A DNA stretch of 64,000 bases from a bacterium (GTDB taxonomy: Bacteria; Zhuqueibacterota; Zhuqueibacteria; Residuimicrobiales; Krinioviventaceae): contig CAXXFV010000001.1 in NCBI GenBank assembly GCA_963674595.2, positions 49,316 to 113,315 of the forward strand, read 5' to 3'. Position numbers and translations under genes: made by a program. Under the pieces are notes generated by a model. The model was not told where the DNA came from. It ran no database searches and was given only the letters and a program-made list of their open reading frames with translations. This document shows positions 1 through 10,079 of the stretch, piece by piece. Each line of letters begins with the position of its first letter. The first letter of the stretch is position 1.

Positions 1-2
1 AC

Positions 3-191
3 GCGGAAAAGGAACATAGAAAAAATGCAGAGCAACGCCTGGCTGTTTTAAGTGAACAACGGGATATTCTTGCCGCTTCGTTGGATAAACTGCTTTTGGA
101 CCTTAGAATGGTTAAAAAACGCCACAAAATTTACAGACAATATAAAATGTATAATGATCCGAAATATAATCCTGTTTTATATAAAAAATAA
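3..191 (+). CDS. DUF4254-like protein, 3' end (partial)
   Basis: Manual translation gives ...EQRDILAASLDKLL...KIYRQYKMYNDPKYNPVLYKK*. The YRQxKMYNDPxxNPVLY ending is typical of DUF4254. Stop TAA at 189-191. Confidence 0.75.
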   Translation, partial: AEKEHRKNAEQRLAVLSEQRDILAASLDKLLLDLRMVKKRHKIYRQYKMYNDPKYNPVLYKK

Positions 192-200
192 GGACTTTTT

Positions 201-1475
201 GTGAAAATAAAGCTTGCGTACGGCAAAAAGGGCCTTTTAGCCGACATCCCTGATCATAATATTGTTAAAACTTTTCGAATGAAAGACGAAAAGGTTTTGA
301 TAGACCCCTATATAGAATTTACCAAAAGTCTGTTACAACCCATCGGAATCGGCAAAAACCTGTTTGATATGGCACGAAGCTGCAAGTCAGCCTGTATTTT
401 AGTGTGTGATATAACACGTCCTGTCCCTAACAAGCTTTTATTACCCCCACTTTTAAAAACGTTACATGCAGCCGGTCTAAGTCATGACGATATTCTGTTG
501 TTAATTGCCACAGGGACCCATCGTTCAAACACAGGTAAAGAACTTGAGGAACTTGTAGGCGCTCAAATAGCCAAAGAATATCATATTGAAAATCATGATA
601 TAAAAAATAAAGAGGCTCATGCTTTAATCGGAGAAACAGCCTCGGGAATACCGATATGGCTGGATAAACGATTTTTAAATGCTGAAATGAAAATAGCCAC
701 TGGTTTTATAGAGCCGCACATGTTTGCCGGTTATTCAGGTGGAAGAAAGCTTGTTGTTCCCGGTATTGCCGGACTGGAAACACTAAAATACATGCATGGA
801 CCTCACATTTTATCACAACCTGGGTCCCGTGAAGGAAACCTGGTTGATAACCCGTTTCATAATGAAGCGACCGAAATGGCTAAAATTGCCGGATTAGACT
901 TTATTATAAACGTATCATTGAATGAAAAAAATGAGATAACCGGTATATTTTCAGGCGAACCGCAACAGGCTTTTCTACAGGGTACGGACTTTGTTGCGAA
1001 TAAAGTCAAAAGTCCTGTTTCGGAAAAGGTTGATGTTGTTGTCACAACAGGTGGAGGTTACCCGCTTGATACTACCTGGTACCAAACGATAAAGGGTCTG
1101 TCATCCGTCCAATCCATTGTAAAAGACGGGGGTACCATTATTATTGCCTCTGAATGCAGTGAGGGGTTTGGCGGCAGTGATTTTGATCAGCTTTTATTAA
1201 ATAATCCGGACCTTGACAGTTTTATGGAAAAAATCCAAAAGGACGATTTTTTTGTTACCGATCAATGGCAATACCAAAAATTTATTAATGTTGCCAAAAA
1301 AGTTAAAATTGTTCTTGTCTCTGAAAAATTATGGCAAATTCAACCGGAAATTCCCCATGTTACCCGGGCCGAATCTGTTGAAACCGCTATCAACAATGAA
1401 TTAAAAATCAGGGGAGCCTCGCTCAAAATTGCCGTTATTCCAAAAGGACCCTATATTCTACCGGTTTTGGAATAA
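201..1475 (+). CDS. larA: Nickel-pincer-dependent lactate racemase family (LarA/DUF2088) 2-hydroxyacid racemase
   Basis: Motifs DITRP, ATGTHR, NHD, EPHMFAGYSGGRK and GGYPLD..YQTIK; 424 aa. Confidence 0.85.
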   Translation: MKIKLAYGKKGLLADIPDHNIVKTFRMKDEKVLIDPYIEFTKSLLQPIGIGKNLFDMARSCKSACILVCDITRPVPNKLLLPPLLKTLHAAGLSHDDILLLIATGTHRSNTGKELEELVGAQIAKEYHIENHDIKNKEAHALIGETASGIPIWLDKRFLNAEMKIATGFIEPHMFAGYSGGRKLVVPGIAGLETLKYMHGPHILSQPGSREGNLVDNPFHNEATEMAKIAGLDFIINVSLNEKNEITGIFSGEPQQAFLQGTDFVANKVKSPVSEKVDVVVTTGGGYPLDTTWYQTIKGLSSVQSIVKDGGTIIIASECSEGFGGSDFDQLLLNNPDLDSFMEKIQKDDFFVTDQWQYQKFINVAKKVKIVLVSEKLWQIQPEIPHVTRAESVETAINNELKIRGASLKIAVIPKGPYILPVLE

Positions 1476-1715
1476 TTTAGTGTAAATTTTTTCAATTTTA
1501 GGGGAACAATTTTAAAAGTTATGCGTTTTACAGTTATGATCGAAAAAATGTCGTTAATGCAAAATTCGTTTTAATGAATTTTTTCTATATATAACTTGAT
1601 AATTACGTTAAATTTCGTTACATTAGTCACTGTAAACTTTTCATATAAATTTTTATATAAATCTATTGACTTGCTATGTGCAATTACGATGTGAGAGACC
1701 AGGAGGTATGATATT

Positions 1716-2237
1716 ATGTTTAAACTTCAATCAATCGACTCTGTCGATGCTTTAAAAATTTCCATCCAATGTGAAAAGGACATGAAAACCTACTATGAAA
1801 AAATCTCATCTTTGATAAAAGACGAAGATGCCCTCACAATTTTTAAAGGATTGGCTGAGAAAGAAGAGAAACATCGAAAAAAACTCATTAAAACCTATAG
1901 CCAAGTTAGCGGTAAAAAAATTCTGTATCTTAATTTAGGTAAAAAGCATAAATTGAACTCGCTGGAAAAGTGCGGATCTGATCCGAACCATTCAGTTCGA
2001 ATTGCAAAGAAAAATGAAGAAGAATTAAAATCATTTTACATTACAATTTCTCGTCGTTTAATTGAGCCTGAATTGAGACAACTTTTTAGAGAAATGGCTT
2101 ATGAACGCGGTCAACATTACGCTCTTTTAGAAGCCTCTTTTGTTGAACCATTAGCTCTTGATCAAGAGCCTGTTACAGAAAACGAAAATATTATGAATGA
2201 AGTGACTGCTCATTCTGAAGCAATAAAGGCATGGTAA
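1716..2237 (+). CDS. Ferritin-like/rubrerythrin-domain protein
   Basis: Repeated helix pattern E..YY...EEKH and EEE..FY...ERGQH; RBS AGGAGG upstream. Confidence 0.75.
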   Translation: MFKLQSIDSVDALKISIQCEKDMKTYYEKISSLIKDEDALTIFKGLAEKEEKHRKKLIKTYSQVSGKKILYLNLGKKHKLNSLEKCGSDPNHSVRIAKKNEEELKSFYITISRRLIEPELRQLFREMAYERGQHYALLEASFVEPLALDQEPVTENENIMNEVTAHSEAIKAW

Positions 2238-2257
2238 ACAAATTCATAAATTTTTTT

Positions 2258-2296
2258 AAAAAAAAGCCTGCAACTTTCTAGTTGCAGGCTTTTTTA
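2258..2296 (+). terminator. Intrinsic terminator
   Basis: AGCCTGCAAC-tttcta-GTTGCAGGCT stem flanked by an A-run and a T-run. Confidence 0.9.
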
Positions 2297-2399
2297 ATAT
2301 AAGCTTGTCTCAAATTGAGATGTTGATTTTAATAAAAGAATCTTGTACTTTTTAAAATAGAAAAATTGACTGATAAATTATACTAAAGGTAATAGTGAT

Positions 2400-3611
2400 A
2401 TGAAGCCTATATACATGGACCATCATGCAACAACGCCTCTGGATCCCGAGGTCCTCGAAGCAATGATGCCATATTTTACGGAACATTTTGGAAATCCTTC
2501 CAGTAATACACATATTTATGGTCATGAAGCACGAAATGCTGTTGAAGCTGCCCGTAAACAAATAGCTGATTTAATTGGGGCTGCCGGACCGGATGAAATT
2601 ATTTTTACAAGTGGGGCCACAGAAGCTGATAATCTTGCTTTAAAGGGATTGGCCTTTCGAAACAATAACAACAAGGGCCATATTATTACCATTGCTACGG
2701 AGCACAAGGCCATTCTGGATACGGTTAAAAAACTCAAACAGCAGGGAATTGAAACGAGTTTTATTAAACTGGATGAGTATGGATTAATTGATATGGAGGA
2801 TTTGAAAAATCAAATTCGACCTGAAACCATATTAATATCTGTTCAGGCTGCAAACAGCGAAATAGGGACCATCCAACCCATTCGTGAAATCGGTGAAATT
2901 GCCCGAAAAAATAATATTCCTTTTCATTCCGATGCTGTGCAGGCTATCGGGAAATTTGATGTCAATGTTCAACGAGACAAAATTGACATGTTGTCAATAT
3001 CTGCTCATAAAATGTATGGCCCTAAAGGTATCGGCGCATTGTATGTTAAAAAGGGTATTCGACTAAGTGCGTTAATAGACGGCGGCGGTCATGAACGTGG
3101 AATGCGGTCCGGTACGTTAAACGTTCCGGCTATTGTTGGCTTTGGCAAAGCCTGTGAGATTGCAAAACGTGATCTTGCAGCCGAATCTAAAAGACTGTTG
3201 GAACTCCGAAATTATTTGTCTTCTCAAATCCAGGAACGAATTGACTATGTCAAGTTGAACGGTCATCCGGAAAAACGCCTTGTAAATAATTTAAATTTCA
3301 GTTTTGCATTTGTGGAAGGCGAATCACTTATTCTTTCATGCAGAGACGTTGCACTTTCATCCGGCTCTGCCTGTACGTCAACGGCTTTACAGTCTTCCTA
3401 TGTATTAAAAGCTATTGGTCTGCAGGATTCCCTGGCTCATTGTTCCATTCGTTTTGGTTTGGGCAAATCCAACACAAAAGAGCAAGTTGACATACTTTTA
3501 GACCTTTTGGAAAAAAATGTAAAAAGACTTCGAGAAATGTCGCCTTTGTATGATATGGCTAAAGAAGGGATTGATATAGACAAGGTGAATTGGGCGCCCC
3601 ATTCTCATTAA
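2400..3611 (+). CDS. iscS: Cysteine desulfurase IscS
   Basis: YMDHHATTP, GNPSS, PLP lysine in SAHKMYGPKG, catalytic Cys in SSGSACTS. Confidence 0.95.
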   Translation: MKPIYMDHHATTPLDPEVLEAMMPYFTEHFGNPSSNTHIYGHEARNAVEAARKQIADLIGAAGPDEIIFTSGATEADNLALKGLAFRNNNNKGHIITIATEHKAILDTVKKLKQQGIETSFIKLDEYGLIDMEDLKNQIRPETILISVQAANSEIGTIQPIREIGEIARKNNIPFHSDAVQAIGKFDVNVQRDKIDMLSISAHKMYGPKGIGALYVKKGIRLSALIDGGGHERGMRSGTLNVPAIVGFGKACEIAKRDLAAESKRLLELRNYLSSQIQERIDYVKLNGHPEKRLVNNLNFSFAFVEGESLILSCRDVALSSGSACTSTALQSSYVLKAIGLQDSLAHCSIRFGLGKSNTKEQVDILLDLLEKNVKRLREMSPLYDMAKEGIDIDKVNWAPHSH

Positions 3612-3640
3612 ATATTAAATTATAAAAGAGAGAGATTTAT

Positions 3641-4027
3641 ATGGATGTTTGGGATGATTATACAGAAAAAGTAATGGAACATTATGAAAATCCAAAAAAT
3701 GTCGGCGTTGTGGAAAATGCCAACGGCGTCGGTGTTGTTGGAAACCCTGCCTGCGGCGATGTTATGAAATTGACCGTAAGAATTGAAGACGGTGTCATTA
3801 AAGACGCCAAGTTTAAAACATTTGGATGCGGTGCCGCTATTGCCACCAGTTCCATGGTTACGGAAATGATTAAAGGTAAAAGTGTTGCAGAGGCTTTGAG
3901 TGTTTCAAACAAATCTGTTGCAGAAGCATTGGGGGGACTACCAAAGGTTAAAATGCATTGTTCTGTCCTTGCGGAAGATGCATTAAAAGCGGCCATCGAT
4001 GACTATAACAAAAATCAGAACGAATAA
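3641..4027 (+). CDS. iscU: Fe-S cluster scaffold IscU/NifU-N
   Basis: NPKNVG, GNPACGD, FKTFGCG and LPKVKMHCS. Confidence 0.95.
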   Translation: MDVWDDYTEKVMEHYENPKNVGVVENANGVGVVGNPACGDVMKLTVRIEDGVIKDAKFKTFGCGAAIATSSMVTEMIKGKSVAEALSVSNKSVAEALGGLPKVKMHCSVLAEDALKAAIDDYNKNQNE

Positions 4028-4052
4028 AAAGATTGCGAGACCTGGAGGCATT

Positions 4053-4259
4053 ATGAGTGAATATAAATTATATAAAGTTTATCACCTGAGCGAAAAATCA
4101 TGCTGGAATTTACGGGTTGCCAAATCCCCGGAAGAAGCGTTGACCCATTGTATCAATCATCCTCACGATAAACGTCCGGATGATGCGGCTGACAGGAGCT
4201 GCCGTGCAGAAGAGGTGAAAATAAACGGTTATACCATCAAAGTAACAAAAGATGAGTAA
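4053..4259 (+). CDS. Small hypothetical protein (68 aa, Cys/His-containing)
   Basis: GGAGG RBS before ATG 4053; directly follows iscU. Confidence 0.7.
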   Translation: MSEYKLYKVYHLSEKSCWNLRVAKSPEEALTHCINHPHDKRPDDAADRSCRAEEVKINGYTIKVTKDE

Positions 4260-4431
4260 AAAATCCTTCTGACAATGTATATTAAATAAAATTCTTAATA
4301 ATTTTGGAAATAAATGGGTAGATTTTGGGGTTTACAAATTCGAATTATCTGACGATTTTTTGTAATGTTGGATAGTTTGATTTTAAATGTCCGCTACCCG
4401 GATGTGAAATCGAGTTTGACGGAGAGTATTG

Positions 4432-5616
4432 ATGAAACCTTTTTTAGTTAAAGACAATGTTTACTGGATAGGCGCGCTGCACCCGGATTTAAAGGTTTTT
4501 GATATTATTATGGAAACCAAAAACGGAACGACCTATAATAGTTATCTGATTAAAGATGAAAAAATAGCCATTGTTGATACGGTAAAAGAAAAATTTTCTG
4601 AGCAATATATTGAGCATATTAAAAGTTTAATCGATCCTGAAAAAATTGATTATATTATAGTACATCATACCGAACCGGACCATTCCGGAAGTTTGATTAA
4701 ATTACTGGAAATTGCACCAAACGCCCAGGTTGTTTGTGCGAACCCTGCTGTGAAATATGTTTTAAGTACAATCAACAGGGACGTGAATCCCATGGGTGTA
4801 AAAAATGGAGATACACTGTCATTAGGTGAAAAAACGCTGACATTTTTATCAACACCTTTTTTGCACTGGCCGGATACGATGATGACCTATATTGAAAAAG
4901 ATAAACTATTATTTTCATGTGATGTTTTTGCTTCCCACTTTTGTGACAGCAAAATGGTGGACAAAGACATTGACAGAGATTTTTGGCCGGATGTCAAATA
5001 TTATTTTGAAATGATTATGAGACCGTTCAAAAAGAATATAAGAAATGCTTTGAAAAAGATTGAGCCCCTTGAGGTTGATGCTATTGCCACGTCTCATGGA
5101 CCAGTCCTCAAGGCGGATGTTCAAAAATATATTCAGGCTTATTCCGAATGGTCACAGGAGACTGAAAAAAATGATCCGTCACAGGTCCTTGTGTACTATG
5201 CCAGTGCTCACGGAAATACGGCTAAAATGGCGGAAAAAATTGCCGAAGGCGCCCGTTCTCTCGGATGCAAGGTAGACGTTTATGATGCTGAAAATTTGAA
5301 CATTGCCGAACACCTGGATAGTCTGGAAGCGGCAGATGCTGTTTTATTTGGTTCCCCCACGATTAATAATGATGTTGTTAAACCTGTTTGGGACGTTTTA
5401 AACAGCCTTGCGACACTGGATATGAAAGGAAAAATCGGTGCCGCATTCGGTTCAATGGGCTGGAGCGGAGAAGCCGTTAAATTTATCGATGAACGATTAC
5501 AAGCATTAAAGTTTAAAGTTCCTGTAGAAGGAATGAGTGCTGTTTTGGTGCCAAGTGATGACGAACTGAAACAATGTTTTGACTTTGGTGTTGAAATAGC
5601 AAAATCTGTAAATTAG
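4432..5616 (+). CDS. fprA: Class A flavodiiron protein (FprA; O2/NO reductase)
   Basis: GTTYNSYL, HTEPDH, LHWPD, SHG and a C-terminal flavodoxin domain (SAHGNT, FGSMGWSGE). Confidence 0.93.
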   Translation: MKPFLVKDNVYWIGALHPDLKVFDIIMETKNGTTYNSYLIKDEKIAIVDTVKEKFSEQYIEHIKSLIDPEKIDYIIVHHTEPDHSGSLIKLLEIAPNAQVVCANPAVKYVLSTINRDVNPMGVKNGDTLSLGEKTLTFLSTPFLHWPDTMMTYIEKDKLLFSCDVFASHFCDSKMVDKDIDRDFWPDVKYYFEMIMRPFKKNIRNALKKIEPLEVDAIATSHGPVLKADVQKYIQAYSEWSQETEKNDPSQVLVYYASAHGNTAKMAEKIAEGARSLGCKVDVYDAENLNIAEHLDSLEAADAVLFGSPTINNDVVKPVWDVLNSLATLDMKGKIGAAFGSMGWSGEAVKFIDERLQALKFKVPVEGMSAVLVPSDDELKQCFDFGVEIAKSVN

Positions 5617-5640
5617 ATCATAAATATATATGAGGAAAAA

Positions 5641-7038
5641 ATGACTGAAAAATATGATCTTGTTGTTATTGGTTCCGGACCTGGTGGTTATGTTGCCGCT
5701 ATACGGGCCGCTCAATTGGGTATGAAAACAGCTATTGTTGAAAAAGCTGAAATTGGCGGTATTTGTTTAAACTGGGGCTGCATTCCAACCAAGGCTTTAT
5801 TGCATAGCGCCGGTTTGTATGAGCAAATGAAAAAGTCTAAAAATTTTGGCATCGTTACATCAGATGTTAATGTTGATTTTACCCAAATGGTTAAAAACAG
5901 CCGTAGTGTTGCAAACCGACTTTCCAAAGGTATTGAATTTCTCTTTCGAAAAAATAAAATTGATACAATCGTTGGGACCGGTAAAATTTTAGCTAAAAAT
6001 CAGGTTGAAGTAACGACCCCTGAAAACGAAAAAAAGATTGTTGAGGCAAAAAATATCCTTGTTGCAACAGGCGCCCGGCCAAAAACAATTCCCGGATTGG
6101 AATATGACGGCAAGCAAATAATAAGCAGCCGCGAAGCAATGTCATTGCCTGAGCAACCCAAGTCCTTGGTGATTATCGGTGCCGGTGCCATTGGCGTCGA
6201 GTTTGCTTATTTTTATGCAACCATTGGTACTAAAGTAACGCTGGTGGAAATGTTGCCGCAGATCCTTCCTGTTGAAGATGCTGAAGTTGTACAAGTTGTT
6301 GTGCGCTCTTTCCGCAAAAACAAAATCGATATGTTGACAAATACCAAAGTAGATAAAATTGTAAAATCCGATCAGGGTGTCACGGTCCATGTGACTGAAA
6401 ATGACAAATCTACAGAAATAAAAAGCGATATGGCCCTTGTCGCCATTGGTGTGCAGGGAAATATTGAAGGTTTAAACCTTGAGGGCATGGGCATTAAAAC
6501 AGATCGCGGTTTTATTGTTGTTGATAAAAATACTTATAAAACAAATGTTGATAATATTTATGCCATCGGTGACATAATTGGTCCGCCATGGCTGGCCCAC
6601 GTTGCTTCGGCAGAAGGTATTGCCGCAGTTGAACAGATGGCCGGTGAAACCCCGACTCCTGTGGATTATGATCATATCCCCGGCTGTACCTATTGCCAGC
6701 CACAGGTTGCCAGTCTGGGTTTAACGGAAGCGCAGGCCAAAGAAAAGGGACATGATATTCTGGTAGGAAATGTTCCGTTTCGTGCCATTGGAAAATCTTT
6801 GGCAATGGGCCACAGCGATGGTTTTGCCAAGTTAATTTTTGATAAAAAATACGGTGAACTGTTGGGCGCTCACATTGTCGGCGCTGAAGCAACGGAATTA
6901 CTGGCTGAACTGGGTGTTGCGAAAACGCTGGAAACAACAGCAGATGAACTTATAAACACGATTCACGCGCATCCGACACTTTCTGAAGTGATTAAAGAGG
7001 CTGCCGAGGCGGCATTTGGAAAGGCCATTCATATATAA
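5641..7038 (+). CDS. lpdA: Dihydrolipoamide dehydrogenase (E3)
   Basis: GSGPGG, redox disulfide GGICLNWGCIPTK, HAHPTLSE. Confidence 0.96.
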   Translation: MTEKYDLVVIGSGPGGYVAAIRAAQLGMKTAIVEKAEIGGICLNWGCIPTKALLHSAGLYEQMKKSKNFGIVTSDVNVDFTQMVKNSRSVANRLSKGIEFLFRKNKIDTIVGTGKILAKNQVEVTTPENEKKIVEAKNILVATGARPKTIPGLEYDGKQIISSREAMSLPEQPKSLVIIGAGAIGVEFAYFYATIGTKVTLVEMLPQILPVEDAEVVQVVVRSFRKNKIDMLTNTKVDKIVKSDQGVTVHVTENDKSTEIKSDMALVAIGVQGNIEGLNLEGMGIKTDRGFIVVDKNTYKTNVDNIYAIGDIIGPPWLAHVASAEGIAAVEQMAGETPTPVDYDHIPGCTYCQPQVASLGLTEAQAKEKGHDILVGNVPFRAIGKSLAMGHSDGFAKLIFDKKYGELLGAHIVGAEATELLAELGVAKTLETTADELINTIHAHPTLSEVIKEAAEAAFGKAIHI

Positions 7039-7061
7039 ATACGAGTCATTGAATTAGTGTC

Positions 7062-9062
7062 ATGAAAAATGACAAAGAAAATCAACTGATTGATATTTAT
7101 CGCACCATGCTCACAAGCAGACGGCTCGATGAAAAGATGCTTGTTTTGCTGCGCCAGGGAAAGAGTTTTTTTCACATTGGTGCGGCAGGGCATGAAGCCG
7201 CACAGGTCGGTGCGGCAATGGCATTCAAGCCTGGATACGATTGGAGTTATCCCTATTATCGTGACCAGGCTTTTGTGTTACAATGGGGCGTTACGCCTAA
7301 AGAAATTTTACTGAATTTTTTAGCAAGGGCCGATGACCCTTCCTCCGGCGGCCGGCAATTGCCGCAACATTACGGACATAAGGATTTACGGATTGTCAGT
7401 CAGTCCAGTCCCACCGGTACCCAGTATCTTCAGGCTGTTGGCACGGCCATGGGAAGCAAAAAAGACGGAACAGACCAGGTTGTTTATGTTTCCTCCGGCG
7501 AAGGCGCCACAAGCCAGGGCGATTTTTATGAGGCGATAAACTGGGCCACCCGTGATTTGCTGCCTGTCGTTTTTTTTATTCAGGATAATAAATATGCCAT
7601 ATCTGTTCCTAATGACCAGCAAACCGTGGGACGGTCTGTATATGATATGGTCATGGGATATGAGAATCTGCATCGTCACAGCATTAACGGTCTGGACCCT
7701 TTGGAATGTTACGAGGTTACCAAACATTGTGTTGAAAATGCCCGCACCGGAAAAGGCCCCAGCCTTATCGTCGCCCATACCGTTCGTCTTTTTTCCCATT
7801 CATCTTCCGATGACCAGCGAAAATATCGTGATTCACAGGAACTGGACTTTGAAAAAAGTCAGGATCCTATCGAGTCCATGAAGCATTTTTTTATCAACGA
7901 AAAAATTTTAAAAACAGATGAGCTTGACGAACTGGAAAATGCCGTAAAAAAAGACATCGATACTGCCGCAGAAGAAGCGCTTCATTCTCCTTTACCGGAC
8001 ACCAAAACCGTTAAAAGATTTATATTTAGTGAGAGTAATATAGATTATGATGATAAAGTAAAAAGTGTTTCTGAAAAGCCGGTCGTTATGGTGGATGCCG
8101 TCAATCATGCCTTGCGGGAAGAATTGGCGCGTGATGATAACATGCTGATATACGGACAGGATGTTGCCGGTGACAAGGGCGGCGTTTTTACCGTAACCAA
8201 AGGGTTGACAAAGGATTTTGGCATAGAGCGTGTATTTAACGCTCCTCTGGCTGAATCCAGTATTATCGGTACGGCAATTGGCCTGGCCCTATACGGATAT
8301 AGACCGGTTGTTGAAATCCAGTTCGGTGATTATATCTGGACGGCCATGATGCAAATTCGAAATGAACTGTCAACCATGCACTGGCGCTCAAACGGTACCT
8401 TTACAGCCCCTGTTACGGTCCGTGTGCCTGTCGGTGGTTATATTCACGGCGGTTTGTGTCACAGTCAGAATATTGAAGGATTTTTTGCACATATACCCGG
8501 ACTTGTCATCTGTTATCCTTCCAATGCGGCTGACGCCAAAGGATTGTTAAAAATGGCAATCCGCAGTGATGATCCGGTATTGTTTCTGGAGCATAAAGGA
8601 CTCTATCGTCAAAGTCATGCCATGTCGCCGGAACCGGATCAAGACTATACCATTCCGTTCGGCAAAGCCGTTGTTAAAAAACAAGGCAAGGATGCTACCA
8701 TAATTACCTATGGTGCGATGGTCCAAAGATCAATTGAAGTCGCTCAAAAAATGAGCAAGCAGGGTATTGATATTGAAGTAATTGATTTAAGAACGATTGT
8801 TCCTTTGGATATGGATACAATTTTAAAATCTGTAAATAAAACCAGCCGTATTCTTGTTTTACATGAAGACACCTTAACCGGTGGTTTTGGTGCGGAAATT
8901 TCTGCTCGAATTTCAGAGAGTGCATTTGAGTTTTTGGATGCGCCTGTTTTACGTGTTGCCGCCAGTGACACACCGGTTCCCTATAACTGGGACCTTGAAG
9001 CGGCTGTGTTACCTCAGAATGATGATATTGAACAAGCCGTTCAAAAGCTTGTTACGTTTTAG
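7062..9062 (+). CDS. 2-oxoacid (probably branched-chain) dehydrogenase E1, fused alpha+beta
   Basis: TPP motif GEGATSQG...DNKYAIS and HSSSDD, followed by a beta domain (GGVF, PLAESSI, EIQFGDY, FLEHK). Confidence 0.92.
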   Translation: MKNDKENQLIDIYRTMLTSRRLDEKMLVLLRQGKSFFHIGAAGHEAAQVGAAMAFKPGYDWSYPYYRDQAFVLQWGVTPKEILLNFLARADDPSSGGRQLPQHYGHKDLRIVSQSSPTGTQYLQAVGTAMGSKKDGTDQVVYVSSGEGATSQGDFYEAINWATRDLLPVVFFIQDNKYAISVPNDQQTVGRSVYDMVMGYENLHRHSINGLDPLECYEVTKHCVENARTGKGPSLIVAHTVRLFSHSSSDDQRKYRDSQELDFEKSQDPIESMKHFFINEKILKTDELDELENAVKKDIDTAAEEALHSPLPDTKTVKRFIFSESNIDYDDKVKSVSEKPVVMVDAVNHALREELARDDNMLIYGQDVAGDKGGVFTVTKGLTKDFGIERVFNAPLAESSIIGTAIGLALYGYRPVVEIQFGDYIWTAMMQIRNELSTMHWRSNGTFTAPVTVRVPVGGYIHGGLCHSQNIEGFFAHIPGLVICYPSNAADAKGLLKMAIRSDDPVLFLEHKGLYRQSHAMSPEPDQDYTIPFGKAVVKKQGKDATIITYGAMVQRSIEVAQKMSKQGIDIEVIDLRTIVPLDMDTILKSVNKTSRILVLHEDTLTGGFGAEISARISESAFEFLDAPVLRVAASDTPVPYNWDLEAAVLPQNDDIEQAVQKLVTF

Positions 9063-9084
9063 GTTTATTTAAAAGGATAAGTAT

Positions 9085-10062
9085 ATGCAAACAGATGGTG
9101 TAAAGGTTTTGGAAAAAACAAAAATTGATCTTTACAGGCTGGTAAAAAAAACACGGGCCACAGAAGACCAGATTATAAATCTTTACCGGCAGGGACATAT
9201 TGTTGGCGGTGTTTACACCAGCCGGGGCATGGAAGCGACCACTGTCGGCGCTGCATTTGCATTGGAAAAGCAGGACTATTTGTTCCCCATACATCGCGAC
9301 CTGGGTGCGCACCTGGCCAAAGGACAGTCTGTGCTGAATATTCTGCTGCAATATCTTGGAAAAGGAAATAACCTGACAAAGGGCAAGGACAGCGGCATAC
9401 ATGTGAGTGATACGAGTTTGAACATTATCGGGAATGTCAGTCATTTGGGCGCCATGATACCCTTTGCTGTGGGTGCGGCTATGGGCAAAAATTTGCAGAA
9501 TGAAAAAGTCGTTTCCATGAATTTTATCGGTGAGGGCGGATCAAATATCGGTGATTTTCATGAAGCCCTTAATTTCGCCGCAGTGCAAAATATTCCTTTT
9601 GTTCTTATTATTGAAAACAATCAATACGCCTATTCAACCCCGACTTCAAAGGAATATAAATGCGAACGTCTGTCCGACCGGGCCATTGGTTATGGCATTT
9701 CCGGTTATTATATAGACGGTACGGATGCTATGCAGGTTTATTCGGTAACAAAACAAGCCGTGGAAAAGGCCCGTGCCGGTGAAGGGCCTAGTTTGATAGA
9801 GTGTCGCGGCATGCGCATGATGGGTCATTCCGCGCATGACGATGCTTCCTATGTGGATAAAAATTTGATCGAAGAATGGAAAAAACGAGATCCGATAAAC
9901 AGGCTGGAAAGTGAACTGGTAAAGGAAAATATTCTGAGTGAAAAAGATATTCAAATGATATCTCAAGAAATTCAACAGGAAATTGATGACGCAACGCAAG
10001 AAGCGTTAAAAGGCCCACTGCCCCAGGCAGAATGGGCCGCAGAAGGTGTTTACGCTAATTAA
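9085..10062 (+). CDS. 2-oxoacid dehydrogenase E1 alpha subunit
   Basis: GEGGSNIGDFHE...NNQYAYST and GHSAHD. Confidence 0.92.
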   Translation: MQTDGVKVLEKTKIDLYRLVKKTRATEDQIINLYRQGHIVGGVYTSRGMEATTVGAAFALEKQDYLFPIHRDLGAHLAKGQSVLNILLQYLGKGNNLTKGKDSGIHVSDTSLNIIGNVSHLGAMIPFAVGAAMGKNLQNEKVVSMNFIGEGGSNIGDFHEALNFAAVQNIPFVLIIENNQYAYSTPTSKEYKCERLSDRAIGYGISGYYIDGTDAMQVYSVTKQAVEKARAGEGPSLIECRGMRMMGHSAHDDASYVDKNLIEEWKKRDPINRLESELVKENILSEKDIQMISQEIQQEIDDATQEALKGPLPQAEWAAEGVYAN

Positions 10063-10079
10063 AGAAAGAACAGATTGTT

